64,000 nucleotides of DNA from contig CAYUUT010000002.1 in assembly GCA_964448095.1 (NCBI GenBank), positions 27,959 to 91,958 on the forward strand, given 5' to 3'. Origin of the DNA: an uncultured Candidatus Saccharibacteria bacterium. GTDB taxonomy: Bacteria > Patescibacteriota > Saccharimonadia > Saccharimonadales > UBA10212. Made by a program: the position numbers and the translations under genes. A model generated the notes under the pieces. It was not told the origin of the DNA. It was given only the letters and a program-made list of their open reading frames with translations, and did no database searches. Each line of letters begins with the position of its first letter. The stretch's first letter is position 1. Positions 6,856-15,281 of this stretch are shown piece by piece.

Positions 6856-8055
6856 ATGTATCAAAATAAGCCCAGCTATCACCGTAACCGCCCCGGTGTA
6901 CGCCATTTTGGCCCCAACAGCCGCCCTAAGCGCGGCGCCAAGCCATCTGTTAACCCGGAACGCTTTATAAAAGCCGCCACGCCGGAGCTAATTCCGAAAT
7001 ATACGGCTACCCACGAATTTGCCGACTTTGAAATGCACCCGCTGCTTAAAGCCAACGTGACCGTTAAAGGCTACATTCGCCCTTCGGAAATCCAGGATAA
7101 AACCATCGCCCTGGGCCTGGCCGGCAAGGATGTGATTGGCATTGCCAACACCGGCACTGGCAAAACCGCCGCCTTTGCGCTGCCAGTTCTAAACAGCCTG
7201 ATGCGCCATCCCGGCACATCGGTTCTAATAATTGCCCCCACCCGCGAGCTGGCCATTCAGATAGAAACTCAGTTTAAGATACTGGCTAAAAGCAGCGGCC
7301 TGCGGCACGCACTACTTATCGGTGGTTCGCCGATGGGCCGCCAACTTCACGACCTGAGCATTGGCGCCCAAATAATTATTGGCACGCCAGGCCGGATTAA
7401 AGACCACCTGAGCCACGGAAAACTGAACTTAGACCGTTGCCAGACCGTAGTCCTGGACGAAGTTGACCGGATGCTGGACATGGGCTTTGTTAAGGACGTT
7501 AGGTTTATCCTGGCCGCGCTACCAGCCCAGCGCCAGTCTTTCTTCTTTAGCGCCACCATGCGGCCGGAAATCAGCGAGCTGATTCACACTTTTGCCCGCG
7601 AACCGGAAATAATCAACGTTAAACAGGGTGAAACCAGCCAAAACGTCAATCAGGGTGTGGTGCGTTTTAATGATAAAACCCACAGAATGAACTTGCTACG
7701 CGACATCTTGAACAGCCCAGACGTTACCAAAGCCATCATTTTTGGCCGCACCAAATACGGCGTTGAACGGCTGAGCAAAGACTTGGTTGGGCAGGGATTC
7801 CGTGCCGGTTCAATCCATGGCGGCAAAACCCAGGGCAATAGAAACCGCACGCTGGACAGTTTCCGCTCAGACCAGATTAAAATCCTGGTGGCCACTGATG
7901 TTGCTGCCCGCGGCATTGACATCAGAGACATCAGCCACGTGATTAACTTCGACGCCCCGGAAACCTATGACGACTATGTGCACCGCATTGGCCGCGCCGG
8001 CCGCAGGGGCGAGCCGGGCCACGCCCTGACCTTTGTAGAAAACAGCCCGCGCTAA
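6856..8055 (+). CDS. DEAD-box ATP-dependent RNA helicase
   Basis: Motifs seen: ANTGTGKTAAF, PTRELA, TPGR, DEVD, SAT, HRIGRAGR. Confidence 0.9.
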   Translation: MYQNKPSYHRNRPGVRHFGPNSRPKRGAKPSVNPERFIKAATPELIPKYTATHEFADFEMHPLLKANVTVKGYIRPSEIQDKTIALGLAGKDVIGIANTGTGKTAAFALPVLNSLMRHPGTSVLIIAPTRELAIQIETQFKILAKSSGLRHALLIGGSPMGRQLHDLSIGAQIIIGTPGRIKDHLSHGKLNLDRCQTVVLDEVDRMLDMGFVKDVRFILAALPAQRQSFFFSATMRPEISELIHTFAREPEIINVKQGETSQNVNQGVVRFNDKTHRMNLLRDILNSPDVTKAIIFGRTKYGVERLSKDLVGQGFRAGSIHGGKTQGNRNRTLDSFRSDQIKILVATDVAARGIDIRDISHVINFDAPETYDDYVHRIGRAGRRGEPGHALTFVENSPR

Positions 8056-8093
8056 TTACCACTAACGTGATACTATGGTTCCTGTTAACAATT

Positions 8094-8187
8094 TAATATC
8101 AAGAGCGCAGTAAGGGTACTAGCCCGTTGACCTGCCGCCAACCCATTTAGTTGGGTGGTAAATCTAGCCCGCAAGGGAAAGATATCG
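8094..8187 (+). promoter_or_regulatory. SAM-I riboswitch aptamer
   Basis: AUAUCAAGAG...AGGGUACUAGCCCGUUGA...GCCAACC...GGUGGUAAAUCUAGC...GAAAGAUAU matches the SAM-I core strings and the P1 pairing. It sits directly upstream of metK. Confidence 0.8.
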
Positions 8188-8196
8188 CTGAGCATG

Positions 8197-8224
8197 TCCT
8201 TCCTTTGTCAGGAAGGATTTTTTT
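8197..8224 (+). terminator. riboswitch expression platform: intrinsic terminator that also covers the SD
   Basis: TCCTTCC-tttgtca-GGAAGGA-TTTTTTT abuts ATG 8225. The 3' arm GGAAGGA is the only SD-like sequence. Confidence 0.7.
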
Positions 8225-9184
8225 ATGAGTTCATACAAAACCGCCGAGAGTGTCAGCCCCAAACACCCGGATAAACTGTGCGACCAGATCAGCGACGCCA
8301 TTTTGGACGCCTATCTAAAGCTGGACCCGCGGGCCCGCGTGGCGGTAGAAACCGTGGGTGGCCACGGCGAGATTTTTGTGGTCGGCGAGGTGACCGCCAG
8401 CCACAAGATTGATATCGCGCCGATTGTTAAGCGCTTGGCCGGCGAGGTAAAACTGCGCCAAAAAATCGTCCACCAAAGCTCGGAAATCGCCAGCGGCGTA
8501 GACACCGGCGGCGCCGGCGACCAAGGGATTATGGTGGGCTACGCCACCGCCGAAACAGCTGAGCTTTTGCCCCTGGAAGTTGTGTTGGCCCGCCAGCTCA
8601 ACCAACTTCTGTACCAGAGCTGGCCGTACGACGGCAAAACCCAAATAACTCTTAAAGACGGAAAGATTGTTGGAGTTGTAGCCAGTTTTCAGCATTCTAA
8701 ATCGGCTGATCTGGCGGCCGCTATCGCCGAATGGCTGAAGGACAAATCTACCGCTAAAAACGTAACAATTTATGCTAACCCTACGGGCGACTGGCAACAG
8801 GGCGGCTTTGACGCCGACAGCGGCCTGACCGGCCGTAAGCTGGTAGTAGATAATTACGGTCCGCAGATCCCGATTGGCGGTGGCGCGTTTAGTGGCAAAG
8901 ACGCCACCAAAGTGGACCGCAGCGCTGCCTATATGGCCCGGCGCATCGCCGTGGATTACCTAAAAAAACATAACGCCCGCGAAGTTTACTGCTACTTAGC
9001 CTACGCCATCGGTGTGGCCGAGCCGGTAGAAGCTACGGTGATAGTAGATGGCAAACCGCGCATCGTGGAAGGCTACGACTTGACTCCGGGAGGCATAATC
9101 GAACACCTAAAGCTTAGGAAACCGCAGTTTGAGCAGACCGCCCGCTACGGCCACTTTGGCCACGGCTTTGCCTGGGATTCTTAG
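8225..9184 (+). CDS. metK: S-adenosylmethionine synthetase, unusually short (319 aa)
   Basis: Motifs seen: ESVSPKHPDKLCDQISDAILDA, GAGDQGIMVGYA, GLTGRKLVVDNYG, GGGAFSGKD.TKVDRSAAY, YAIGVAEP. Confidence 0.85.
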   Translation: MSSYKTAESVSPKHPDKLCDQISDAILDAYLKLDPRARVAVETVGGHGEIFVVGEVTASHKIDIAPIVKRLAGEVKLRQKIVHQSSEIASGVDTGGAGDQGIMVGYATAETAELLPLEVVLARQLNQLLYQSWPYDGKTQITLKDGKIVGVVASFQHSKSADLAAAIAEWLKDKSTAKNVTIYANPTGDWQQGGFDADSGLTGRKLVVDNYGPQIPIGGGAFSGKDATKVDRSAAYMARRIAVDYLKKHNAREVYCYLAYAIGVAEPVEATVIVDGKPRIVEGYDLTPGGIIEHLKLRKPQFEQTARYGHFGHGFAWDS

Positions 9185-9204
9185 GCTTGCTAAACTGCTA
9201 AGAC

Positions 9205-9324
9205 ATGCAAGAGCCAGGCACCGAACCAATAAAATCCAACCGCAAGTGGATTATCGGCATTATTGTCTTGCTTTTAATAATGGTTGGCCTTATCGTGGCT
9301 ATTATCCTGAAGATAACCAGCTAG
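9205..9324 (+). CDS. small (39 aa) single-TM protein, not in the ORF track
   Basis: ATG 9205 to TAG 9324 translates to MQEPGTEPIKSNRKWIIGIIVLLLIMVGLIVAIILKITS. It is a hydrophobic helix with a positive-inside N-terminus. Confidence 0.3.
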   Translation: MQEPGTEPIKSNRKWIIGIIVLLLIMVGLIVAIILKITS

Positions 9325-9445
9325 ACGGGCGTTGGGGGCGGTGGATAAGTTTTTATTTCCATAAAATGCTTATTGTATTTTGTAAACAAAGTAGTACATT
9401 GAGCCTATGCACTGCCGCTAACAGTACCAGCGGCGACAAAAACAC

Positions 9446-10411
9446 ATGAAAACCCACAACCGCGCGCCTACAATAGACGAGCTACTGGTAGAGCATCGTA
9501 AATCACACGGCACAGTTCCAACCGGTGAGCTATTGGAATTCCACACTGACTTGCCAAACAGCGGAATTTACAATCCCTTCGCACCCTTTGAGCATAATGG
9601 GCAGCTGCGAATTCCCGTAAGGGTGGACCCTCCGGCCAGCGAAGATGGAAGCACGCATTTCTTTCAACGTAACGGCAGTCCCGTAAGCTGGGATCACGAC
9701 ACCGGCCTGCCAGAACTGCCGTGGCAAGACCCATTTCACGCACAGATAGGCGATAAGTGGTATTTTGGCGGCGTCAGAACTTATAAAGACTCCAGCGGCA
9801 GGATTTACGATTGGGATACTCAGATTGTCGAGGTTGCCGATCCGGATGAATTAAATCTATTACCTGAGCCGGTAATAACAGGCCCTATGCGTATGAAGGG
9901 CCTTCGCCCTCTCGGTCTGGACGATGAATTAGCCGGTATGATAACTAGGCCGATTGATGACCGCTTTCCTCGCGGAAAAGTTGGTTATTTAGCGCTTAGG
10001 AACGCTTCGGAAGCCACTCCCGAAGCTTTGGCTGACGCGCCGATAGTAGACGGGTACATCGCTCATGAAATCGGCGAGTGGGGCGGACTTGGACAGCCAA
10101 AGGACATTGGCAATAGAACATTTCTTGCGACCGGACATTTGGCGCGGTTCTCTCCCGATAACGGTAGGGAGTACTATGGAACCCTGGTGTTAGCTCAGGA
10201 ACGCGGAAAAAAACTTGCAGTTATTGCTCAGAAAATTGTCGCCTGTCGCCAATGTTTTCCAACAACCCCGGCCAAGCGCGTAGATTTGCATAATGTTTTC
10301 TACATGACCGGTGAATATGAGAATTTTGCTTACGGGGGCTTAAGCGACTTCGGGTCCGGACGAATCTCTATAGCAGAAGACATAGAAGAGATGCGGCAAC
10401 TCGCCGCCTAA
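9446..10411 (+). CDS. hypothetical protein (possibly DUF1861 / beta-propeller glycosidase-like)
   Basis: 321-aa ORF. The function guess rests only on overall resemblance recalled from memory. Confidence 0.5.
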   Translation: MKTHNRAPTIDELLVEHRKSHGTVPTGELLEFHTDLPNSGIYNPFAPFEHNGQLRIPVRVDPPASEDGSTHFFQRNGSPVSWDHDTGLPELPWQDPFHAQIGDKWYFGGVRTYKDSSGRIYDWDTQIVEVADPDELNLLPEPVITGPMRMKGLRPLGLDDELAGMITRPIDDRFPRGKVGYLALRNASEATPEALADAPIVDGYIAHEIGEWGGLGQPKDIGNRTFLATGHLARFSPDNGREYYGTLVLAQERGKKLAVIAQKIVACRQCFPTTPAKRVDLHNVFYMTGEYENFAYGGLSDFGSGRISIAEDIEEMRQLAA

Positions 10412-10565
10412 ACCACTTATCCACAGATTTTAAGCATAAGCTTTACAAAATACTTGCATGATTATTTAGCTGGGTATACATTGAAAATGTATTTAAGTTC
10501 GCGGCATGACTGTCACTTCGTGAAAGCCGCTTACAAGGAGGGTCGCATGAATTTAGAACCGTTTT

Positions 10566-10594
10566 AACCAACCAGATTTTCGGTTGGTTTTTTG
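10566..10594 (+). terminator. intrinsic terminator / attenuator in the leader of 10626..10982
   Basis: AACCAACC-agattttc-GGTTGGTT-TTTTgTT. The stop codon of a 6-codon mini-ORF (10547-10567) overlaps the 5' arm. Confidence 0.6.
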
Positions 10595-10625
10595 TTCTTC
10601 AAAGTAATTTTAAGGAGTAAATGTC

Positions 10626-10982
10626 ATGAACGCAGTCAAATCAAATAAAATCGTACGCACCTTGCCGTGGGGCGAGGAAATCTATCTGGAAATCCCGTTA
10701 CACAAGAATTCCGCCAATAAATTCTATGCCCGCCACGGCCGCACTGGCGAGGGCAGGGAGTATATAGAATTTTCCAAGTTCGGACCAAAGCCAAACACCG
10801 AAGGCGAAAACTACATGCAAAAGTTGCGGTTGTTTGGCCCAACTCAGTGGGCGCAAATCAAACACTATGTAGAAGGCGAGCTGGCCGAGTCCGCTGGTTG
10901 GGACTTAGAAACCGCACAGAAGGACTTTGAAGAAAATCTCAAAAACCCCCAGGAGTCCAAAAAGCCAAAGGCAGCCGCCTAA
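10626..10982 (+). CDS. hypothetical protein
   Basis: 118-aa ORF with SD AAGGAG 8 nt upstream. No recognisable motif. Confidence 0.5.
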   Translation: MNAVKSNKIVRTLPWGEEIYLEIPLHKNSANKFYARHGRTGEGREYIEFSKFGPKPNTEGENYMQKLRLFGPTQWAQIKHYVEGELAESAGWDLETAQKDFEENLKNPQESKKPKAAA

Positions 10983-11004
10983 TTTTGGGATATAATTTAC
11001 GGCC

Positions 11005-11586
11005 ATGAGGAGTTTGCACTACTGGCGGAGGCATAAGCTGAAGTTCCTGATAGCTTTGCTAGTATTGATTGCCGTAGTAGCCACTCAGTCCGGCTGGCTC
11101 AATGGCGGTTTTAAGACCGCTGAACAGAGCCAGCCGGGGCTCTACCCGATAGACCATTACATTGATGGCGACACCATCGCCGTCAACATGAACGGCAGCG
11201 TAGAAACTGTTAGATTCATTGGCGTGGATACGCCAGAAACTCACAAGCCCAACACGCCGGTTCAGTGCTACGGTGAGCTAGCGGCCGCCAATACCAAGAA
11301 TAAAATCAGTAAATTCGGCAAAGTTCGCCTGCAAGCCGACCCGCTGGACACTAACCGCGATGTTTACGGCCGGTTGCTGCGCTACGTTTATTTGCCCGAC
11401 GGTACGCTACTCGACGAACAGATTATCCAGCAGGGCTATGGCTTTGCTTATCTGGATTTTCCGTTCACCAAGAAAGCTCAGTTTGCCATTGACGGCCAGA
11501 AAGCCCAGGACCAGAAAGTCGGCCTGTGGGGTGTTTGTCATCCCACTATCAACAAATACGGCGGCTACACCTCCAACCCGGCCTAA
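11005..11586 (+). CDS. secreted/membrane-anchored thermonuclease (staphylococcal nuclease family)
   Basis: N-terminal signal anchor. Motifs seen: DGDTIAV, RFIGVDTPE, GRLLRYVYLPDG, GYGFAY. Confidence 0.8.
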   Translation: MRSLHYWRRHKLKFLIALLVLIAVVATQSGWLNGGFKTAEQSQPGLYPIDHYIDGDTIAVNMNGSVETVRFIGVDTPETHKPNTPVQCYGELAAANTKNKISKFGKVRLQADPLDTNRDVYGRLLRYVYLPDGTLLDEQIIQQGYGFAYLDFPFTKKAQFAIDGQKAQDQKVGLWGVCHPTINKYGGYTSNPA

Positions 11587-12005
11587 TCCGTCTTGAAGAC
11601 GTAAAAACGGTACCATAGATAGTCCCAAACAGTGGTGAAGGCGGCCGAAACAGCAAAGCCAGCGTACGGCGTGATACCGTTATGCACAAATGCCCAGACA
11701 ATGGCGTAATCAAAGACAAAATCAATGCTGTTGATGAGTACATAGCGGAAGAGAACGCGGCGATCCTGACCTTTGAGCTTGGAGCTGTAAAACGCCCAGT
11801 AGCGCTGAATGCCGTAGTTGGCGCTCCAGCCAAAGCCGTCGGCCAGCACTTTGGATACCCACCAGGGCCAGTGGAAAACGTCAAAACAGAGCGCAAAGAC
11901 CGCCAAACCGCCCCAAAACCAGACGCCGCCGCCGACCATATATTCGGCAAACTGAATCATCAGTTTGTTGCTGCGCCAACCGGATTCGGTCTGTTTAATC
12001 CCCAC
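11583..12005 (-). CDS. GtrA family membrane protein
   Basis: Four hydrophobic segments. FAEYMVGGGVWF... and YGIQRYWAF are GtrA-like. The start is uncertain (GTG 12005 or ATG 11960). Confidence 0.6.
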   Translation of the reverse strand: MGIKQTESGWRSNKLMIQFAEYMVGGGVWFWGGLAVFALCFDVFHWPWWVSKVLADGFGWSANYGIQRYWAFYSSKLKGQDRRVLFRYVLINSIDFVFDYAIVWAFVHNGITPYAGFAVSAAFTTVWDYLWYRFYVFKTD

Positions 12006-12732
12006 GCTTTTTGTGCTTTCCGAATTCGTACTTTATGGAGTTCCTTTCAAGTTTTTGATAGCCAAAAAGCAACCTATGAATTTCGTTTAAGGTTCCTTTA
12101 TAAATTAACCGCCAGCCTTCTTTTTCATTACGTCGCGGATCCATATAGTAGTATGTCTTATCCACAAATCCGAAGCCTTGTTTGCCAGCCTTGCTAACGT
12201 ACTCGTAGTCTTCTCCGAACTGAATCTTTTCATTAAAACCGCCAAGTTGCTCAAACAGCTCTCTTTTGGTCAAGACACAATAGCCCGATGCTACCGGTCT
12301 TTTAGTATGTGATAAGAGTTTTTGATAGTTATAGAGGACCCATAACCCTTTCTTATCTTTGAACTTCATCTTTGCCGAGGAAGTTTCCCAGCCTTTAGAT
12401 TCGGTGGTTTCTAATAGGGTTTTTATGAATAAGGAGTCGTCGATGTCATCGTCGGCGTCCAAGAACAGCAGCCAGTCGCCGCGGGCGTGTTTAGCGCCCT
12501 GATTACGCCCAAAGGCGGGGCCTTTGGGCGGGGCCTCGACGAACTTGATATCTAATTGTTTCTTGAATGAGTCAACAACTTCTTTACTGCCGTCTTTAGA
12601 CTGGGCATCGGATACAATCACTTCAAAATCTTTGAAATTCTGCCGAGCCAGCGCCTCCAACAGTCGGTCTATATAGGTCGCTTCGTTATAAGCTGGTATT
12701 ACCACCGATACGGCAGGGGATTTTTTGGCCAT
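11995..12732 (-). CDS. family 2 glycosyltransferase
   Basis: VSVVIPAYNEATYI and the LFLDADDD DxD motif. Confidence 0.8.
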   Translation of the reverse strand: MAKKSPAVSVVIPAYNEATYIDRLLEALARQNFKDFEVIVSDAQSKDGSKEVVDSFKKQLDIKFVEAPPKGPAFGRNQGAKHARGDWLLFLDADDDIDDSLFIKTLLETTESKGWETSSAKMKFKDKKGLWVLYNYQKLLSHTKRPVASGYCVLTKRELFEQLGGFNEKIQFGEDYEYVSKAGKQGFGFVDKTYYYMDPRRNEKEGWRLIYKGTLNEIHRLLFGYQKLERNSIKYEFGKHKKRGD

Positions 12733-12744
12733 AGACTAAGAGTA

Positions 12745-13611
12745 CTATTCGGCTTTGAGCGGTACAACCTCGCCGGCTTTTTTGGGCTGGCTCTGAAGGT
12801 CGCCAAAAAGTCCCCAGATTGGCTTCAGAATATATTTATCCAGCAGAGTTAAGGAGTAGATAAAGAACATGCTACACCAAACAGCCATAAAAATTGCCGT
12901 CTTGGGTAGGCTGTTATGATGATAAAAAGTCCGCACGGCGCGGAACTGATAGCGGGTTTGAGTAAACAGGGATTTATGTACCGCCCTAAACGAGCTGGCG
13001 ACGTCTATGTCGTCGACAATTTTGAGCTGGCCGTGAGGCGCCAGGCAGAAAGCCAGGTCGTAATCTTCCCAGATGTCGCCGCGGCGCATCACCTGATTTT
13101 TAACTTTTAGCCAATCGCGGCGGCGCAGAGCACAGTCCGCGCCCCACAGCATCCGGCAGCCGGCCAGCCAACTGGCAAAATCAATATAGAAGCGAAAGAC
13201 TTTGGTGCCGGCGCTGCCAATTGATATGTCATAAGGAGTTGTGCTGCCGGTAATAGCGCTCAGCCCGGGCTGCTTGGCAAAATGTTTTTTTACCCGACGC
13301 GTCCAGTCCACGGGCAATATACAATCGGCATCAATCCGGCCCAGAATATCTGAGGTAGCCGCGTTAAAGCCGGTGGCCTGAGCGAACGATTGGTGTTGGT
13401 TGGGTTCGTGCAGCAAAGTTACGAAGCTATAAGCTTTGGCGATTTTGCCGGTGTTATCGGTCGAGTTATTATCGACCACAAAAACTTCGTCCGGCATCTC
13501 GACCTGCCGAGCAATAGAGTCCAGACAGGCTTTCAGGTAGCGCTGTTCGTTGTAGGCTGGTATAACTATACTAAGCGTTAGCTTTTTATTAGACATAAGC
13601 AATGTGGGCAT
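12745..13611 (-). CDS. family 2 glycosyltransferase with C-terminal membrane segment
   Basis: LSIVIPAYNEQRYL, VVDNNSTDNT, RIDADC. Confidence 0.8.
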   Translation of the reverse strand: MPTLLMSNKKLTLSIVIPAYNEQRYLKACLDSIARQVEMPDEVFVVDNNSTDNTGKIAKAYSFVTLLHEPNQHQSFAQATGFNAATSDILGRIDADCILPVDWTRRVKKHFAKQPGLSAITGSTTPYDISIGSAGTKVFRFYIDFASWLAGCRMLWGADCALRRRDWLKVKNQVMRRGDIWEDYDLAFCLAPHGQLKIVDDIDVASSFRAVHKSLFTQTRYQFRAVRTFYHHNSLPKTAIFMAVWCSMFFIYSLTLLDKYILKPIWGLFGDLQSQPKKAGEVVPLKAE

Positions 13612-13629
13612 TCATTAGAATAGCAGTTG

Positions 13630-14805
13630 ATGGCTAAAAAATCGAAATCCTTATCCGTTAAGAAATATTTGAGCCGCGCGTGGGCTTGGCTTTGGCCTCG
13701 GTCTATTTGGCGGCGTATCGTCTTAGTTCTGGCCGCTGCCGTGCTGTTATTCACCGCGACATCTTATGGCGTTGCCGAATGGTACATCCACAAGCACGAC
13801 GGCGAGCCGCTGGTGCTGGGCACGACTTTCATCCCCGATTACGCCCAGAGCTTTGGCCTTGATCCCCAGCAGACCCTGCAAGCCATTTTAGAACCTGCCA
13901 GCCAGGGCGGTTTGGGCATGAAACAACTGCGCCTGGTCAGCTACTGGAATGAGGTGGAACCACAATCCGGCGTTTATGACTTTAGCCAGCTAGACTGGGA
14001 ATTCGCTTTAGCCAATAGGTACGGCGCCAAGGTAGACCTATCGGTTGGCTTGCGCCAACCGCGCTGGCCGGAGTGCCACGTACCGACTTGGGTGAATATG
14101 AATGACAAGGCCCAGTGGGAACCCCAGCTCTACAGTTTTATGACGGCCGTAGTTAACAGATATAAAACCAATCCGGCGCTAGGCGGCTACGAGCTAGAGA
14201 ACGAGTACTTCCTAAAAGTGTTCGGCCAGTGCACTAATTTCGACCGCAGCCGGCTGGTCAGCGAATTTAATATGGTCAAGAACTTGGACCCCAACCACAA
14301 AGTAATTGTCAGCCGCAGCGATAACTGGGTGGGCATTCCAGTGGGCAAGCCCACACCGGATGAATTCGCCATATCGGTTTACAAACGGGTTTGGGACGCC
14401 ACTATCACTCATCGTTATTTTGAATACCCGCTGCCGCCGTGGTTTTATGCCTCGCTGGCCGGCTACGAGGAACTGTTATCGGGCAAGGATATGATTATCC
14501 ACGAACTCCAAGCCGAACCCTGGACGCCCAATGGCCTGGCAATTACCCAGATATCAACGGCTGAAATGGCTAAATCGATGAACGCCAATATTCTGCAAAA
14601 ACGCATAAAATACGGCGAGGATACGGGCATGCGTACGATTGATTTGTGGGGCGCTGAGTGGTGGTACTGGATGAAAGTGGACAAACATGACTCCAGTGAC
14701 TGGAACGTGGTTAAACAAGCTGTAGCCCAGGCTGCCGCCCAAAACCAACGGTTGGAACCCACGGCCTTAAAGTCGCCCCAGCTGACATTAGATATAAAAT
14801 CCTAG
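13630..14805 (+). CDS. membrane-anchored TIM-barrel glycoside hydrolase (clan GH-A, GH5/GH42-like)
   Basis: N-terminal TM segment. WNEVEPQSGVYDFSQLDW and the ELENEY acid/base motif. The ORF track starts 3 nt earlier at TTG 13627. Confidence 0.55.
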   Translation: MAKKSKSLSVKKYLSRAWAWLWPRSIWRRIVLVLAAAVLLFTATSYGVAEWYIHKHDGEPLVLGTTFIPDYAQSFGLDPQQTLQAILEPASQGGLGMKQLRLVSYWNEVEPQSGVYDFSQLDWEFALANRYGAKVDLSVGLRQPRWPECHVPTWVNMNDKAQWEPQLYSFMTAVVNRYKTNPALGGYELENEYFLKVFGQCTNFDRSRLVSEFNMVKNLDPNHKVIVSRSDNWVGIPVGKPTPDEFAISVYKRVWDATITHRYFEYPLPPWFYASLAGYEELLSGKDMIIHELQAEPWTPNGLAITQISTAEMAKSMNANILQKRIKYGEDTGMRTIDLWGAEWWYWMKVDKHDSSDWNVVKQAVAQAAAQNQRLEPTALKSPQLTLDIKS

Positions 14806-14828
14806 TCTAAAGAGTTAAAATAAGGCTT

Positions 14829-15281
14829 ATGGCCAAACGCAAGCCCCAACCCGGTAACATTAGAAACCGCCGCGCCAGTTATGATTACGAGCTCGGTGAT
14901 TCTTTAGTGGTGGGTATGGAGCTGACCGGCGCCGAGACCAAAGCCCTGCGCATGCACCACGGCCAATTGCAGGGGGCTTACGTGACAGTCAAAGATAACG
15001 AGCTGTGGTTAATTAACGCCCAGATAATGCCCAGCAGCGGTATTCCAATCAGTGAAGACGGCCAGGTCCGCAGCCGCAAACTGCTGGCCAAGCGCCGAGA
15101 GATTGACCACCTAATAGCCGAGAAGCAAAGTGGTAAAACCATCGTGCCAACAGAGATTATTACCAAAGGCCGCTACATCAAGCTGCGCATATCTGTTGGC
15201 CGCGGCAAAAAACGCTATGACAAGCGCGAAACCCTCAAGCGCCGCCAACAGGAACGCGACATCGCTCGCCAAAACCCCTGA
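14829..15281 (+). CDS. smpB: SsrA-binding protein SmpB
   Basis: NRRASYDYELGDSLVVGMELTGAETKALR...KLLAKRREI is SmpB-typical. Confidence 0.9.
   Translation: MAKRKPQPGNIRNRRASYDYELGDSLVVGMELTGAETKALRMHHGQLQGAYVTVKDNELWLINAQIMPSSGIPISEDGQVRSRKLLAKRREIDHLIAEKQSGKTIVPTEIITKGRYIKLRISVGRGKKRYDKRETLKRRQQERDIARQNP

Noticed and set aside
9340-10426. DnaA-box-like TTATCCACA motifs as evidence for oriC.
   Set aside because: The boxes are single and scattered (9340, 10418, 12158, 35798), not clustered next to an AT-rich unwinding element. No dnaA or dnaN is nearby. The gene-orientation pattern in the window indicates a terminus, not an origin.
11549-12197. The ORFs 11549..11950 (-) and 11682..12197 (+) that overlap the GtrA gene.
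   Set aside because: The GtrA frame gives a coherent four-helix membrane protein with family-typical strings. The alternatives are Ala/Arg/Pro-rich shadow frames.
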